The position numbers were made by a program, and so were the translations under genes. The notes under the pieces are model-generated. The model was not told where the DNA came from, searched no databases, and was given only the letters and a program-made list of their open reading frames with translations. This document shows positions 1 through 13,849 of a stretch of DNA of 64,000 nt, in pieces (positions within the stretch are counted from its first letter, which is position 1; the number at the start of each line of letters is the position of its first letter). The DNA is from Mobula hypostoma (lineage: Eukaryota): assembly GCF_963921235.1 (NCBI RefSeq), contig NC_086108.1:53818001-53882000 (forward strand). Direction: 5' to 3'.

Positions 1-1429
1 TCTTTTAGAAATTTAAAATGAAAGGCAGATAAATATACTGCACTAGTACAGAAAATAAAGAACAGGATGGTTCCAGGTTCAGTATGTGGTTGGTAGTTAT
101 CTGATCCCAGCCAGACCACAACATTCCTGCTGCACAGGCATGGCCGGAGAACAGAAACAGGAGGAAAAATAAATTTAATCTACTCCTGATCGCCATCCAG
201 TGATCCAGCTGGGTAAGCACACATCTGGAGGGCGATTCATTGAGCAGTCAACTGCAGATGGTCTTAGTTTTCTAGAAGTTAGAGCAGAGCAGGAGTGTTA
301 AATCAACGAGTTCAGGGTCTCCGCGTAATTAGAGTTAATCCAACAGGAGTGCACTGCACTGATTTTTATTTCTGCTGTGGATATTTTTGGTTTGTTCTTT
401 CTGGGTGTTTTCATTAGGTGACTCCACCTTCTGGTGCCTCTTTGACCAGATGTCTCAGGAAAATTGGTGCGTGCCAGGATATCTGAGAACACTCATGAGG
501 CTTGCGCAGTCTTAGTGCAGCTTGTGAGAGACTGGAGTTCTTATCCAGGCAAGATCTTGTGTGAAATGAAGACACAAGTGACAGTAAATGCTGAAATCTG
601 AAGCAACGATCAATCTGCTGGAAGAGCACAGCATTTGAGTGCATCTGTGTTAATATTTCAGATCAAAATCCTGTTTCAGGACCTAGTGAAAAACCAGAGG
701 GGAGGCAGAAAGAGGGACTCACAGAACTTCCATCTGAGAGAGAGAGGAGGAAAACTCCTTCAAAGCTGGCACTCCTTGAAGAGACTTTGCAGTGCAGCAG
801 TACAATGGAGGAATGAGACTGATTTCCTTCCATTGATGCAGTTGGGCTGCTGAGGTCCTCAAAAGGATCATTTGTTATCTTCTATGAAAGTTGAAATATA
901 CCCATTCTGATAACTGATGTGGAGCACATGGATAAGAGGAGAACTGAATCTCGGGTCACCAATGCTAACTGAACACATGCATGAGCTATGGCTGCAGTCA
1001 CACTCATCTTCACACATTCACTTCCATCAATCTTAATGAAATTGGAAGTGTATACAATCATGGTTTCTTAGTGTTGCTGACCGAAAGTGAACTTCCACAG
1101 CATGGTGTCTCAGTTTTAGGAGCAGAGGGTAATGTAGCAAAATATGTGTATTAATAATCTGGAGTCATTCTGGAGAGCAGTGCCTGCTTGCGTTGCACAT
1201 ATTGTGTTAGAGTCAGTGAATGTGTGCTTACCCAAGAGGGATAATAAAGCACCACATTTCTCAAGCCCATACCCGATTAAAGTACATTTGAATGTAGTAT
1301 CTGTTGGAGTATCACTAAATAAGGTAGACAACTTGCGCACAGCATTCTTCTACGAACATGAAGGAAATAGATGACCTGAAGTGGAAGAAGTTAGATGAAA
1401 GGAAGTGATAGAGATAGAAAAGTAAACAT

Positions 1430-1790
1430 CCAGTGTTGTTATTGAATGCTTATGAATGTACCTTTTTCCCAGTGTTGAAATATCTAATGCCAGAGGACAT
1501 GCATTTAAGGTGAGGGGGGTAAATTCAAAGGAGATGTGAGGGGCAAGTTTCCCCTCCCACACAGAAAGTGGCAGGTGCCTGGAAGGCACTGCCTGGGGTG
1601 GTGGTAGAGACAGATACACTAGAGACTTCAAAAAAAAATGTTTCAATAGGCACATGAATGAGGAAAGTGGAAGGATATGGACGTTATGTAGGCAGAAGAG
1701 ATTAGTTTAATTGACCATTTGATTACTAATGTAATAGGTTCAGCACAACATTGTTGGCTGAAGGGCCTGTTCCTGTACTGTTCTAGGTGC
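1430..1790 (+). mobile_element. decayed CR1-type LINE 3' end
   Basis: agaggacatgcatttaaggtgagggggg...gtggtagagacagatac...gggcctgttcctgtactgt, the same 3' motif set as the other CR1 copies in the window. Confidence 0.6.
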
Positions 1791-1869
1791 CAATGAGTTG
1801 GCTTCGAGAGCAGAAAACCCAAGAGCGAAGTGATCATTTTCAATGCTGAATTGAACTCAATGTTATTTT

Positions 1870-2695
1870 GGTCTCAACTGTGGCTCTGCAGCATTCTTAT
1901 CCTGTAGGTCAAAAGATTGTGTGTTCAAGCCCCACTCCAGAGACAAAGCTAAAAGTCTCAGCCGGCCCCACATTCCAGTCCTGTGGTGGGACTGCAGGGT
2001 CAGAAGGTGATAAATTAATTCCTTGTCTGCTCATGTGGCTGGAAAAGTAGGGGGTGATCTCATTGAAACCTATTGAATATTGAAAGGCTGAGATAGAGTA
2101 GATGTGGAGAGAATGATTCCTATAGTGGGGAAGTCTAGGTTCAGAGCCTCAGAATAAAAGGGTGTCCCTTTAGAAAAGAGTGAGGAGGAATTTCTTTAGC
2201 CAGAGGGTGGTGACTCTGTGGAATTCATTGTCACAGATGACTGAGGAGGCCAAGTCATTGGGTATATTTGAAGCAGAGGTTGAGAGATTCTAGATTATTA
2301 AAGGCATCAAAGGTTACATAGAGAAGGCAAGAGAATGGGGTTGAGAGGGATAATAAATTAGCCATGATGGAATGGTGGAGCAGACTCAATGGGCTGATTG
2401 GCCTAATTCTGCTTCTGTTGCTGATGGTCTAAAAGTTTATTTGTCGCAGTTTCAAAGTAGGTGAGTTATCCTCAGTAATTTGACCAATATTATCCCTGAG
2501 TCAATGTCAGAAACATGAATAGCTAATCATTATCACGTTGTTGTTTCTGGGGGTTTGCTGTGCACAAACTTGCCCATTACATTTTCTACATTACAACAGT
2601 GGCTACACTTCAGAAGTCTTTTATTGGTTTTAAAATGATTTAGGACAACATGTGGCTGTGAAAAAACATTGTACAAATATGTTAGACTTTTTTTT
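1870..2695 (+). mobile_element. old SacSINE1/DeuSINE-like SINE, split by a CR1 fragment
   Basis: tRNA-like head (gtgttcaagccccactccagagac) and tail gctgtgcacaaacttg...tacattacaacagtggctacacttcagaagt...attggttttaaa, resembling the shark SacSINE1 tail as recalled. Confidence 0.5.
2050..2432 (+). mobile_element. CR1-type LINE 3' fragment
   Basis: Encodes a GDLIET...DRVDVERM-like C-terminus and ttctttagccagagggtggtga..tgtggaatt. It is homologous to 49450-49810 on the minus strand. Confidence 0.75.
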
Positions 2696-2974
2696 AAAAA
2701 ACTGATCAGTGCCAGAAATGCTCTCAGCAAACTATATCAACTATTGAACTTCTAATGCACTTCTGGCATGAGCAGCCAATGTAATACCAGAATATTGTCG
2801 CCAAATCATTTCCAGTGCTGCAGACTGCTTGCATAATTGGGCAGTATCTCAACTGTTTGAAGGTATTCATGTTCGGCTCATCACGGTAATTGATAAATGT
2901 AAAGTCAATAAATCAAATACTTAGCATGCTTAATTTGCCGCTCTACTCTTTCTAAGCTTTTGACCGTGTAGTTA

Positions 2975-3602
2975 GGCACAGCTCAAACAGCAACTATAAA
3001 TTTGTAGATGGCACCGCTGTTGTTGGTAAGATTTCAGATGACAATGAGAAGGTGTACAGGAGTGAGATAGACTGACAGGTTGAGTGCTGTTGCAACAACA
3101 ACCTCACACTCAACGTCAGCAAGACCAGGAGATCATTTGTGGAATTCAGGAAGGAGAAGTTTGAGGAGATTTAGTATGTCACCAAAGACTCTTGCAAATT
3201 TCCACAGATGTACCGTGGAGAGCATTCCTGATATGGAGGCTCCAATGCACTGGATTGCAAGGGGCTGAAGGAGGCTGCCAGCTTCAAGAGGCAGTGCCTC
3301 AAAAAAGTGATGCCTATCATTAAGGACACTCAACATCTGCGACATCCTCTCCTCTAATTACTATTGGGGAGGAGGTACAGAAGCCTGAAGGCCCATGTTC
3401 ACTGGTTTACAAATACTGTAGCTTCTTCCCCTCTGCCACCAGATTTCTGAACCAGAACTAGTCTATGAGCTCTTCATTATTCCTTTTTCTCTACCACTTA
3501 CTTTGTAATGCATAGTAATTTTGATCTCTTTGCATTATATTGCTAACACATAGCAACAGGTTTCACATCATGTAGGTTAGTGATAAGAAACCTGATTCTG
3601 AT
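2975..3602 (+). mobile_element. decayed Rex1/Babar-type LINE 3' part
   Basis: KFVDGTAVVGKISDDNE (degenerate FADD), TLANFHRCTVESI, and an aaacctgattctgat tail. Confidence 0.65.
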
Positions 3603-4202
3603 ACCTAATTGATAACATGCCTAACTTCCAGCTCAGATACAGCAAGGATTAGATGAAGAGAGATCTGACCTTCCACTCATCCTCCATCCCCTCCCTGCTA
3701 CATTGATAGCCAGCTTTATCCACCTCCCTGGGATTCCATTTCCAAACTATTCTTAGTTCTCTACTCCTTTTAAGATGCATCATTTTGGCAAGCATTTCAT
3801 TCATCAACTCTGAACCCACCCCTCTTCTAATTGCAGTCTACTGTGATCTGGTACCTGCTTTGCTCTCATATTTCCACACCATCTTAGTCTACAATAGTTC
3901 TCAAGCTGCTGTGGTTGAGTGGCAGAGGTGACACTACTCTATCTATGATGCTGCGATATGTGCCTCAATGTACAAGATGTTCTTGTGCCGCCACTATCTC
4001 CTCTAAGTGGAATAGTTACTCTCTTGTTAAATTCAGCTTAGATGTGGGTGGTGGGGGGGAAAGAGTCCTTTGTACAGCTTTTGGTAATCCCGTTATTGTG
4101 AAAGAATGCGTTTATCAAAATGATTTGCAATGAATATCTATAAATGCACCTGATTTATGCCTGCATCCTTATAGACCTAGTGGTCTAATTCCTTTCCATC
4201 AA

Positions 4203-5290
4203 AGTTCAAAGTAAATTTATTATCAAAGTACATATATGTCACCGTATGTGCTGAGATTCATTTTCTTGTGGGTATTCACAGTAAATGCAAACAAAACACA
4301 ATAGAATTAACGACAAACTGCATACAAAACTAAAAAAGCAATCAATGTGCAAAAGACAATAAATTGTGCAAATACAAAAAGGAAAAAAATTTAGTATATT
4401 ATATTTTATGTTTTATATATATACACATACATACCCACTGTAGTTTAAGAGTAAGATGGCTGAGGGCTAATAACTGTTTGTAAACTTAGTTGCGTGGGAC
4501 CCAAGGCTCTTGCACCTCCTTCTGCATGGCAGCAGTGAGAGGACAGCATGGTCTGGATAGTGGGTGTCCTTGATAATAGATGCTTTCCTGCGATTGCACT
4601 TCTTGTAGATGTGCTCTGTGTAGGGAGGGCTTTACCTATGATGCACTGGGCTGTATCCACTACTTTTTGTAGGCTTTTCTATTCAATGGCATTGGCGTTT
4701 CCACAACAGGTCATGATGCCACCTGTCAATAGACTCTCCACTGTGCATCTTCAGAATGTTGTCGAAGTTTTATATGATGTGCTGCAACTTCTAAGTAGAG
4801 CTGCTGCCATACCTTCTTTACAGTGCCAGTTATGCTCTGGACCCTGGACCGATCCCCTGGAATAATAATGCAGAGGAATTTAAGGTTATTGACTCTTTCT
4901 GCCTCTGATCCCTCAATGAGGACTGGCTCATGGACCTCCAGTAGTCAATAATCAGCTCCTTGGTCTTGCTGACATTGAGTAAGAGGTTGTTGTTATGACA
5001 CCACTCAGCCAGATTTTGAGTAATCCTCCTATATGCTGTTTCATCATCACCTTTGATTCAGCCTCGCTAAATGGTGTCATCAGCAAACTCGAATATGGCA
5101 TTGAAGCTGCACTTAGCCTCACAGTCATTAGTATAAAGCGAGTGGAGCAGGGGACTAAACACTTAGCCTTCTGGTGCACCTGTGCTGATGCCGATTGTGG
5201 AGATATTGTTACCAATCCAAACTGACTGGGGTCTGAGGAATTCCAGGACCCAGTTGCACAAGGAGGTACTGAGGCCAAGGTCTTGGAGCC
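4203..5290 (-). mobile_element. Rex1/Babar-type LINE RT and 3' end, decayed
   Basis: Minus-strand frames give [36 protein letters not shown] and DTAQCIIGKALP. The tail is (ttgaact)n-like at about 4203. Confidence 0.75.
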
Positions 5291-5984
5291 TATTGAGTGG
5301 TGTTGAAAGTAGAGCTGTAATCAGTGATCTAGTCCGTTTGAATCGCTTGCTGGAGATGCAGCTGCACATTACCATGTTGTCACCTGGACTCTTTGGACAT
5401 TGTTGTGTTGAGGCTGTGCTTGTATTAAGGGACGAATGGTGCAAATCATTGTCTTGGACATTTTTATTGTGATCACAGGACCCAGCTGGATATTGGTAAC
5501 ATAGAATTCGGCAAGTCCAGTTCACTGGTTCATTGGCAAGACCAACTGCAGGGTGGTTGCATTGCTTCATTCATCGCTTGGACCAGGACCTCGTACTGTG
5601 GTATTGCCTATTGCAGCCACTATGAAGAGGAGACACCAGAGGTGGTGTGGGAGAGAATAGAGGCCACTGTGGGCATGCTGCTGTTCACCCTGGGCTGGGT
5701 GCTGGTGTTTGCTGCCCTTCGTTGTTCGATCAGTGGAAGACATGCTGGACCAGAACAACATCTCATGCACCATCAATCTATAGGCCATGCTATCCAGGGA
5801 CTTGGGCTAGATATTTTTTTCAACTGTTTGTTTTTTTTCTTCTGTTATTGTAACTATATGTGCTGTGTGTTGTTGACCCGGAGGAATGCTGTTTCATTTG
5901 GCGGTATTCATTTTTGGTTGAAGGACTATTAAACTTGAAAACATCCTGATGTATATATCCCCACTGACCAAATGTTCTAGGGTT

Positions 5985-6270
5985 AAGTGAAAAGTCGGTG
6001 AAATGCATCTGCTGTAGATCAGTTGTGAAGGGAGGCAAACTGGAGAGAAGACAAGTCATTTCTCAGGCAGGAGTTAATATGTTTCATCATCAGCCTGTCA
6101 AAGTTCTTCATCACAGTAGATGCAAGTCCTTCTGTACCATAGACATTGAGGTAGTTCACCACATTTTTCTTGGGCACCGGTATAATTGAAGTCAGCTTGA
6201 AGCAGGTGGATTCCTTTGACTGCCGAAGTGAGAGGTTAAAGATATCTGTGAATACTCCAACCTGTTGATT
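5985..6270 (-). mobile_element. Rex1/Babar-type LINE RT fragment
   Basis: ORF 6019-6294 contains GVFTDIFNLSLRQS..TCFKLTSIIPVPKK...LASTVMKNFDRL. Confidence 0.7.
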
Positions 6271-6789
6271 AGGTTCTTTATTCTTTCCATCCAAGAATTC
6301 GGGACTGATCTACGGAGACAACGAATGCACCAGGCATGGTTCCTAATTTCCGCAGATTCTGAACTTGGGTGACAGCAGGAAAACACAAAGATTAACACTA
6401 CTTTCAATTCAGATCACCATCCAAACAACAATACCTTTCATCCAGAGGTGGTTGAAATCTGGAATACTGCCTGATGGGGACAGGGGTCAGGGCAATGGAA
6501 GTAGTTACTCTTGCATCATTTAAGTATTTAAACAAACATGAATTACCATGCCATAGCAGGCTATGGGCCAAGTGCTGGTGAATGTGATTAATATAGTTCA
6601 ATGCTTGATGGCTATATCAGAGCCTCTATACAGTTTCTGTTGTGGCTTAATTTTATAGCTAGTTCTGATCAAGAAATTAGCAAATTCAAGCCTCACTCCA
6701 AAGGTTTGAGTAGATGTCACAAGTTGACACTGCGAGAATGTAACATTGTTATCGATGTCATTGTTTGGAATTAAATGCCACATAGTCAC

Positions 6790-7038
6790 CATGGTAGCGT
6801 TGTGGTTTGCGTAATGCTATGACATCTCGGGGCGTCTGAGCACAAGTTTGTATGTTCTTGCATGTGGATTTCCTCCAAGTGTTCCGGTTTCCTCCCACAG
6901 TCCAAAGACGTAGGGTTACTAGGTTAATTGGCCGTTGCAAATTGGCCTGTGATGAGGCTAGGGTTAAATTGGTGGGTTGCTGGGCAGCACAGCTCAAAGG
7001 GCCAGACTGTGTTCTCGAAATCACAGAAAATAAATAAA
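6790..7038 (+). mobile_element. tRNA-derived SINE
   Basis: gtagcg...tgtatgttctt...gtggatttcctcc...gttccggtttcctcccacagtccaaagacgta..ggttaattgg. The same body occurs at about 17810, 24150 (-), 29110, 44090, 46555 and 47350. Confidence 0.6.
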
Positions 7039-7155
7039 GCTCGCCATCTGCTTTCTCAGGTGGGTGTAATTGATCCCATATCCATTCTTCAACAGAGAAA
7101 CAGATTTTATCTGATGAGCTTTCTAATATCCCTCTGCCAATATTGTCATGGTACA

Positions 7156-7215
7156 ACACACATCAAAGTTGCTGGTGAACGCAGCAGGCCAGGCAGCATC
7201 TCCTGTTGTTGTTGT
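7156..7215 (-). mobile_element. 60-bp Penelope-like pLTR fragment with 13-bp TSD
   Basis: acacacatcaaagttgctggtgaacgcagcaggccaggcagcatct is flanked by ttgtcatggtaca at 7143-7155 and 7216-7228. Confidence 0.75.
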
Positions 7216-9099
7216 TTGTCATGGTACACATTGTTTGGTCTGATTTTGCAAGAATTGGTTGCTGTGTTTCCAAGATTAGAACTATAGCTGCACCTCTAAT
7301 GTAAAGCACATCAGCATATCCTGAGGTTTTGTTGGGCACCATATGAATCGGGATCATTATTTTCTTGCAAGTGCTACTTGTTGCTGATACAGCAGCTGTC
7401 CTGCAATATTAGAAGATTCTTCATCACAAGTAGATGTACTGAGCACTTCCTACCAATGAGTCCTCTGAGAAACTAGGCAGGTATGAGAAGTTGGGCCAGC
7501 TAGTGACACAAAATAACAGCATGTATCTGCCAGTCTATGTGAATCTGAATATCCATATGCAACCTTCTTTCACTGGTAAACTCAAAATGAATGCCACAAG
7601 ATTTGTTTGCTGGTGAACCATAGTCGCAATTTTCATAGCCTGCCGGATGTAATTAATTCATCCCCTGAGGCACTTTCATTGTTTTAGCATTCTCATTGCC
7701 TGCTTCACTTGACCAACCAGTTTGTGTTCTGTAACAGTTTATTTAATGTGCTTTTGGCACAAAATCTATTTTCCTCATGAACAAGTAAGACAGCACGAGA
7801 ACTCAATCCATAGGAAAATAACTGAAATTGCTAATTTTGAGTCACCTTCTCTGCCAATATTGCCACATCTGCAGCAAGTTTTACTAAGTTATTTACCGAG
7901 AATTGCAAGGAAGGCTAATACTGCAAGATATTCATCTTAAATACTTTCTGGTAGGAATCATAATCAATCAACCAAAGTTGTTGTTCTTCCACGAGCAAAA
8001 TTTAGACCAGAGGTTGAAGTGGAACTTTCTTGGCTGCATGGCTCGGTACTGCACTAATTAGTGCAATTAGAAAGCAAGCCATCAGAAGAGTTTTCCTTTT
8101 GATATTTTGGCAATGTACTGTGATTCAGTTTGTGATTGGTTTGGAGTGCATGGCACGAGGTTTTGAACATATCATTTTTGATTGTTTCACACCATTTGTA
8201 CAAATATGATAATAATCTATTGTACATTTTCTTTTCATTCTTGAACTTGTTCCCCATTTCTTTTGACAAGGATCTGACCTCCACTTGGCAAAACTTCATT
8301 GTGGGTTAAAAGGCCTGTACTGTGCTCTATGTTCTAAAACTCCATCCCCTTTCTCCCTCCAGTACTGAATGGACTGTTTTTTTTTCCCTCTAGTGAATCT
8401 TTGTGTAATATCTTACTCTCTGTATTTACAAGTTCTTCCCATTCCTTTACTCCTCTATCATGGATATATGCAAATAAAATGCTACTTGAGAGAACCCAAC
8501 ACTGCTGCTCTGCAGAGTTCCAAAGAGTGATATGCTATTTGTCTGAAAAACCTGAAAATTATCCAAAGAGGTTTTCCCTGGGGTCCCAGGAGGCACTGGT
8601 ATTGAGTGCTCAGCTTATCCATCACAAGCCTGCCCATACATTTTTCAGACACTAGATATGATTTGGTGGCAAAAATTGAAAGCATAAATTATATCCCTGT
8701 GCATACATTGTGCCAGATAAAGCCACTGTTGTGGAAATCTCTCAAGGACTATAGTACACTAGCCAATTGTGCTTTTGCTAACCCAGGGAGACGTCGTCAA
8801 TTATAGTACTTCAATTGGCACAGGCTGAACATTTAATCTTCCTGATCTTTCAGTCTCAGAGACGAAAAGATTAACTCTGAGGTATTAAGGAGAGCCCGAC
8901 CATCCTCAGGTTGAAATGGAATTCAGTGAAACCATTTACAGATGAGATCATACAGCTGCCTTCCAAAGAGAAAATGCTAAACATACTGAAGCAGCTCAAG
9001 AAAGAGATAACTTATTTTTGCATTTGAGCTCAAACGATAAGGTGCTTCCTGTCTATTTCAATAAGATATAGAAAAAACTCTTCACTACTAATTGAGACA

Positions 9100-9262
9100 C
9101 CAGACTGCAGTTGCTGGAAATCTGGAGGAACTCAGCAGGTCAGGAAGCATCTGTGGAGGGAAATAGACACTTGGTGTTTCAGATTTGGACCCTTCATCAA
9201 GCTGTCTATTTCCCTCCATAACTGCTGCCTGACCCATTGAATTCCTACAGATTTTTGTTTGT
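9100..9262. mobile_element. older palindromic Penelope-like pLTR insertion
   Basis: ggaactcagcaggtcaggaagcatctgtggagggaaatagaca is inverted against tgtctatttccctccataactgctgcctgacc, and the centre is gacccttcatca. Confidence 0.65.
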
Positions 9263-9339
9263 TCACTGTACTAGTTAGTATTAGTATTTACTATTAGCAT
9301 TTATGATTCAAGATTTAGCTAATAATGAGGATTGTGGGT

Positions 9340-9680
9340 TTATCTCAGATGTATAAGATAAAAGGTATAAATAGAGTGGACAGCCAAAGCCTCCCCCGCC
9401 CCCCCCCCCCCAGGGCAGCAATGGTTAATGGGAGGATGTACTTTTAGGGTGATTGAAGTGGGGGGGGAAATGTCAGAGGTAGGTATTTTTTAAAAAAAAA
9501 TACACAAACTGTTAAGTGCATGGAATGCACTGCTGGGAATGGTGGTAGAAACAGATACGTTTGGGGTATTTAAGAGACTCATGGGCACAGTGATGAAAGA
9601 AAAATGGAAGACTGCGTGTAGGGAAGGTTTGGAATAGGGTGAAAGATCATTACAACATTGATCAAAAGGGCCTGTACTAT
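9340..9680 (+). mobile_element. CR1-type LINE 3' fragment
   Basis: gtataagataaaaggtataaatagagtggacagcc...tggaatgcactg...gtggtagaaacagatac...gggcctgtact. Confidence 0.6.
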
Positions 9681-10720
9681 CTTATCTCAAACCAAATACA
9701 ATTCTATCTAATACCATGACATGCAGAAATATTCTATTTTTAGAGTAAAAGTGTCTTATTTAACATTTCACTTTTCACCCCTTTAGAGTGGTTTGTTCCA
9801 TCGATATAGTCCTCTCAAGTGATATTTTGGTAGATACACCTTTTTCAGAGATTTCATGAACTGTCAGCACACTTGGAATCCACTCCGGCTGTGATTCCTC
9901 TGACATATTGCTAAATGTTTTATGTAAACTATCTGCAGATTCAAAAACTAAACTATTTCTTTCATCTCTTTGAGATCAAGTGTGAAATTTCATCTTCCCT
10001 GATAGACCAACAATGAACAGTTAGGTCATAAACACTGGTCTCTGCTCAATTCATTGATCTCAGCAGCATTGGTGATAAGGATTTAAAACTTCCCTTAGAA
10101 TTCAATAGTTTTGATTTTTAACAGAAAATGTGTAATCTTGATAGGCAAGAAGTGCATGGGGTAAAGAAAAATGATTTTTCTTCTCCTGGTAGTGGCCACA
10201 TAAGGATCATGTGACTAGGAGAGGGTGGGGAAAAAATACAAAACCAGCATTGGACCTGAGCTTTTTCTCAAGGAGTTGGTTGGATTAAACTCAGAAGACT
10301 AAAGACTACTATTAAAGTCAGTTTGTTTTTCTGACCACTTATTTTCTCTCATCCTCCTTAAAAGGCAGTGACTTGTGATGATGCTCAAGTAGGAATTTAG
10401 AAGAATGTTAAATTTGAAATGTTTGAAATGAATCTAATTATATCAGCATATATTCAATCAACTCCACATGAGAATAGCATTGTGTTTACCCCTTTGGAGA
10501 AACAGTGATAAACAGTGTTTCAAATGGAAGCAGGATAGGTACAAAAGGACAAAAATCACATGTGGAACACTGGAATAACTGTGTTACTGGATTTGTTAAC
10601 GTAATTCACCAAGGAGAGTCAGTTTTTGGGGTGTATCATGGTGCATAAGGCAAGAACAAGTTTATAGAATCTTCAGAAGATTGAGTGCTGAATTGAAGTT
10701 TACGTCAAGTATAGATAATA

Positions 10721-10885
10721 ACAAGAGAAAAATCTGCAGACAGTAGAAATCCAAGCAACACATACAAAATGCTGGAGGAACTCAGCAGGCCAGCCAGTAT
10801 CGATGGAAAAGAGTAAACAGTTGACATTTTGGGCCGAGACCCTTCATCAGGACCGGGAAAAAAGATGAGTCAGAGTAAGAAAATG
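10721..10885 (-). mobile_element. Penelope-like pLTR fragment with mutated hammerhead (GAAA to AAAA)
   Basis: The minus strand reads ggtcCTGATGAagggtctcggcccAAAAtgtcaactg followed by the shared pLTR 3' end. Confidence 0.7.
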
Positions 10886-11033
10886 TAGGTAATTTGTGGT
10901 TTTCGTGGGTTGAACAGTAGTTTTTCCTTTTATTCAAAATGAACCATGGTGGAATATAATCAGCAGCCCTTCAATAGTGAGAAGAAAAGTAATAGCACTG
11001 AAATATCGGATTGAATATTACAAGAAATACACA

Positions 11034-11094
11034 TCTTAATGCTGTGATATTCGACATGAACACATGTCTTAATGCTGTGATTTTTGACATGAAC
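11034..11094. repeat. tandem duplication, 2 copies, 33-bp period
   Basis: tcttaatgctgtgatattcgacatgaac (11034-11061) and tcttaatgctgtgatttttgacatgaac (11067-11094). Confidence 0.85.
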
Positions 11095-11214
11095 CATGGA
11101 GACACAGCAGTGGTGCTGCTGCCCAAAAGCTTCAGCTACCCAGGCTCGAACCTGTCCCCTGTTTATCTGTGTGGAGTTGTTTTGTTTTCCTTGTGACCTC
11201 GCAGATTTACGTGC

Positions 11215-12240
11215 TCAAGATCACGATTGCTTCATATCATTTCCAGTACACAAGTATGAAGGAGAGTGAAATAACAATCACTCCAGATCTGATTCAGCAC
11301 AAAAAAGACAAGATAAAGAAAGCAATTAAAAAATAATACAAATATAAATACATAAGATAGCTTATACACGTAGATTGATTGTATGCCCATAAATTAACAC
11401 TCAGCACAGGAGTGCTTAAGGTGGCTGATAGGAAATGATAAGGTGGTGGTGGTGAGCATTGTGGAGGGGTGAGTTAGTGGGTGGTGTTGATCAGCCTTAC
11501 TACTTGGGGAAAATAACTGTTTTTGAGTCTCATGGTCCTGGCGTAGGTGCTACATAGTCTCCACCCTGATGGTCCATGAGCATGTTGGGTGGGATCCTTC
11601 ATGACATTACTGGCTCTTTTCTGTATATAGGTCCTTGATGGTGGGTAGGCTGGTGCTGGTAATGCATTGGGCAGTTTTGACTACTCAATGTGGAGCTTCC
11701 TGCCTACTGCAGTGCACTTACCATACCATGCAGTGATGCAGCACGTTAGGATGGTGTCTACTCCTCATCTGTAGAATGATGCGAGTATAGATGTGCATAG
11801 TCCAGCTCTCTTCAGCCTCCTCAAAAAAAAATAGAGGCGTTGGTGTGCTTTCCTGCTTGTATGGAATGTGTTCTCGGACCATGACAGGTTGGGTGAAATG
11901 AGTACTCCCAGGGTTTTGAAACTGCTTGCAGTTTCCACTACTGTGCCCGTGATGCAAAGCGGGGTGTGAGCTGTGTGAGCTCTCCTGGAATTGATAACCA
12001 TCTCCTTTGTCTTGTTGACATTGAGGAAAAGGTTATTTGCCTGGCGCCAGGCCTTTAGCTCTTCCAGCTCCTCTCTGCTGGCCATCTCATCATTGTTGGT
12101 GGTGATCCCCACCACTGTCGTGTCAAGTTCGCCAAAGACAATGTGATGTTTGGTTGTCCAGTCACTGGTGAGCAGAATGCGCAGCAGTGGGCTTTAGCAC
12201 ACAGCCCTGCAGGGCACCTGTGTTGTGGAAGATGCAGAGG
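11215..12240 (-). mobile_element. Rex1/Babar-type LINE 3' part inserted into a SINE (SINE halves at about 11097-11212 and 12240-12400)
   Basis: ORF 11765-12115 reads VGITTNNDE...WRQANNLFLNVNKTKEMVIN...KAHQRLYFFLRRLKRAG. The SINE head lies before it and the SINE body (ggccattgtaaattg) after it. Confidence 0.75.
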
Positions 12241-13849
12241 CCTAGATGCTCCAGATCCCAGGTTGCCCAATTATTTGGCCATTGTAAATTGCTCCCTGGT
12301 ATGCTCGTATTGGTGGGTAAGTGTGGGAGATAAGAGGCCACAGGGAAATAAATGGGGAAATGGGATTCTTGGGAATGATGGCATAAAGTGAAAAAATAAG
12401 AAAAATCTCTTTGCAAGTCAGTTTGATGTTATTTCTTAAAGAGCAATTTTCCATTAAAAATAATGTCATGCTGCATTAAAAAAAAACAGCACATATTGAG
12501 AAACTTTGGAGAAGCAGCAACATGACACCAATAACAAGCAGTTTAATTTCCCCATCTCATCTGTTGTTTTCCCTACAAAGTACTTGAGAAATGATTGCAC
12601 TGCTGTTGGCCATCCTCCCATCCCTAACTTAACTCAGGTTTGTTGAGGCAAAACAGTGCAAGCTATCTTTGTGACTCCAACAAGGGAGACATGTTTAAGC
12701 TGTTGCCATTCTTGTCTAATGTCTGTGCAAACATGAACTTTCTTCAAGACATTCAGTAACAAACTCTGCTGGATCATTTCCCCACTAGGCCTTGGGAACA
12801 AAGTACTTAAAATAACAACCAATAACAAGAACCCTGAAGGCAGATCAGACTTCATACTTAAAGCATATATTGAATCCTATTCTCTGATGGACTTGGGCTT
12901 TTCAGTTTGACTACTCTAGAAATCATATGTTTCCGTGTTATTTCAGATCAGCTCTGGTCAGTAAGATTGTAAATCTTTTTTCTAAACAGATGTAGGAAGT
13001 ACCAAGCCCCAGGATGCAACATATGAGGAAACAATGGATGGAAGGTCAAATTAATTAAAGGAAGAGGTGCAGGAAAGTCAAAATTCGATTTTTTTTTATA
13101 AGCTCTAGTTTACAAGATAACTTGAACACATTCACAATTTAACAAAGCATGGTTAAAAACATGGTGAAGGAAACACTGGATTAATCTGATTTCAACTCAA
13201 TAATAGATTAGTTCAAACTGTGTGTAATCTCCTTCAGAGAAAAATACCTGGATGCTTTCAGACAGGGACAGAAGTAGAGGGATCAGCCATGAGGTGTTTT
13301 ATCATTGTATTCTAACCAGCTGTGTTGTAGGAGCTGTTGGAAAAGTCTTCCAAGTAATGAGTCAGAGCTATGCTCAAGGTCCGCACAAAATGTCTTGAAT
13401 TGAAAATCTATGTATAGATCTCTTGCATGTAACTCTGTGGGCATTAGGTCACGTACGCCTGTGGCTTTTAAGCATGGGTGACTAAATTTTAAATTCTGTA
13501 AATAAATTGCTAAAACATTACCTCTGGTTGTGGGATACTGCAGATTGTATGCAAAAAGAGCATACATGGAGTGACATCACATGGCCTGTCATGCTCAGTT
13601 TGAGCATTTCAGGCTTAAATTAGGTGACATCTTTAACAGGATCGGTGATTTACTGCAGGTGGTCTTGTTTGTAGGGTCCTGCTGAGAAGTCGGCCATGAC
13701 TTTGCTGAATCATGGAGCAGGCTTGAGGGGCTTCCTGACCTACTTTGTTTCCTGCTCTTATTTGTTATGTAATAGTCCTCACAGCAGAGATGGAAACACC
13801 ATCATTATTCTTATTGATTTGAGGATTGAGTAAATTGGGATTTTTGTTT

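Noticed and set aside
5..860. Short ORFs as ROR1 exon 1 (signal peptide)
   Set aside because: The hydrophobic 71-aa ORF is on the opposite strand, and there is no CpG island or + strand signal-peptide exon with a phase-1 donor that I can support.
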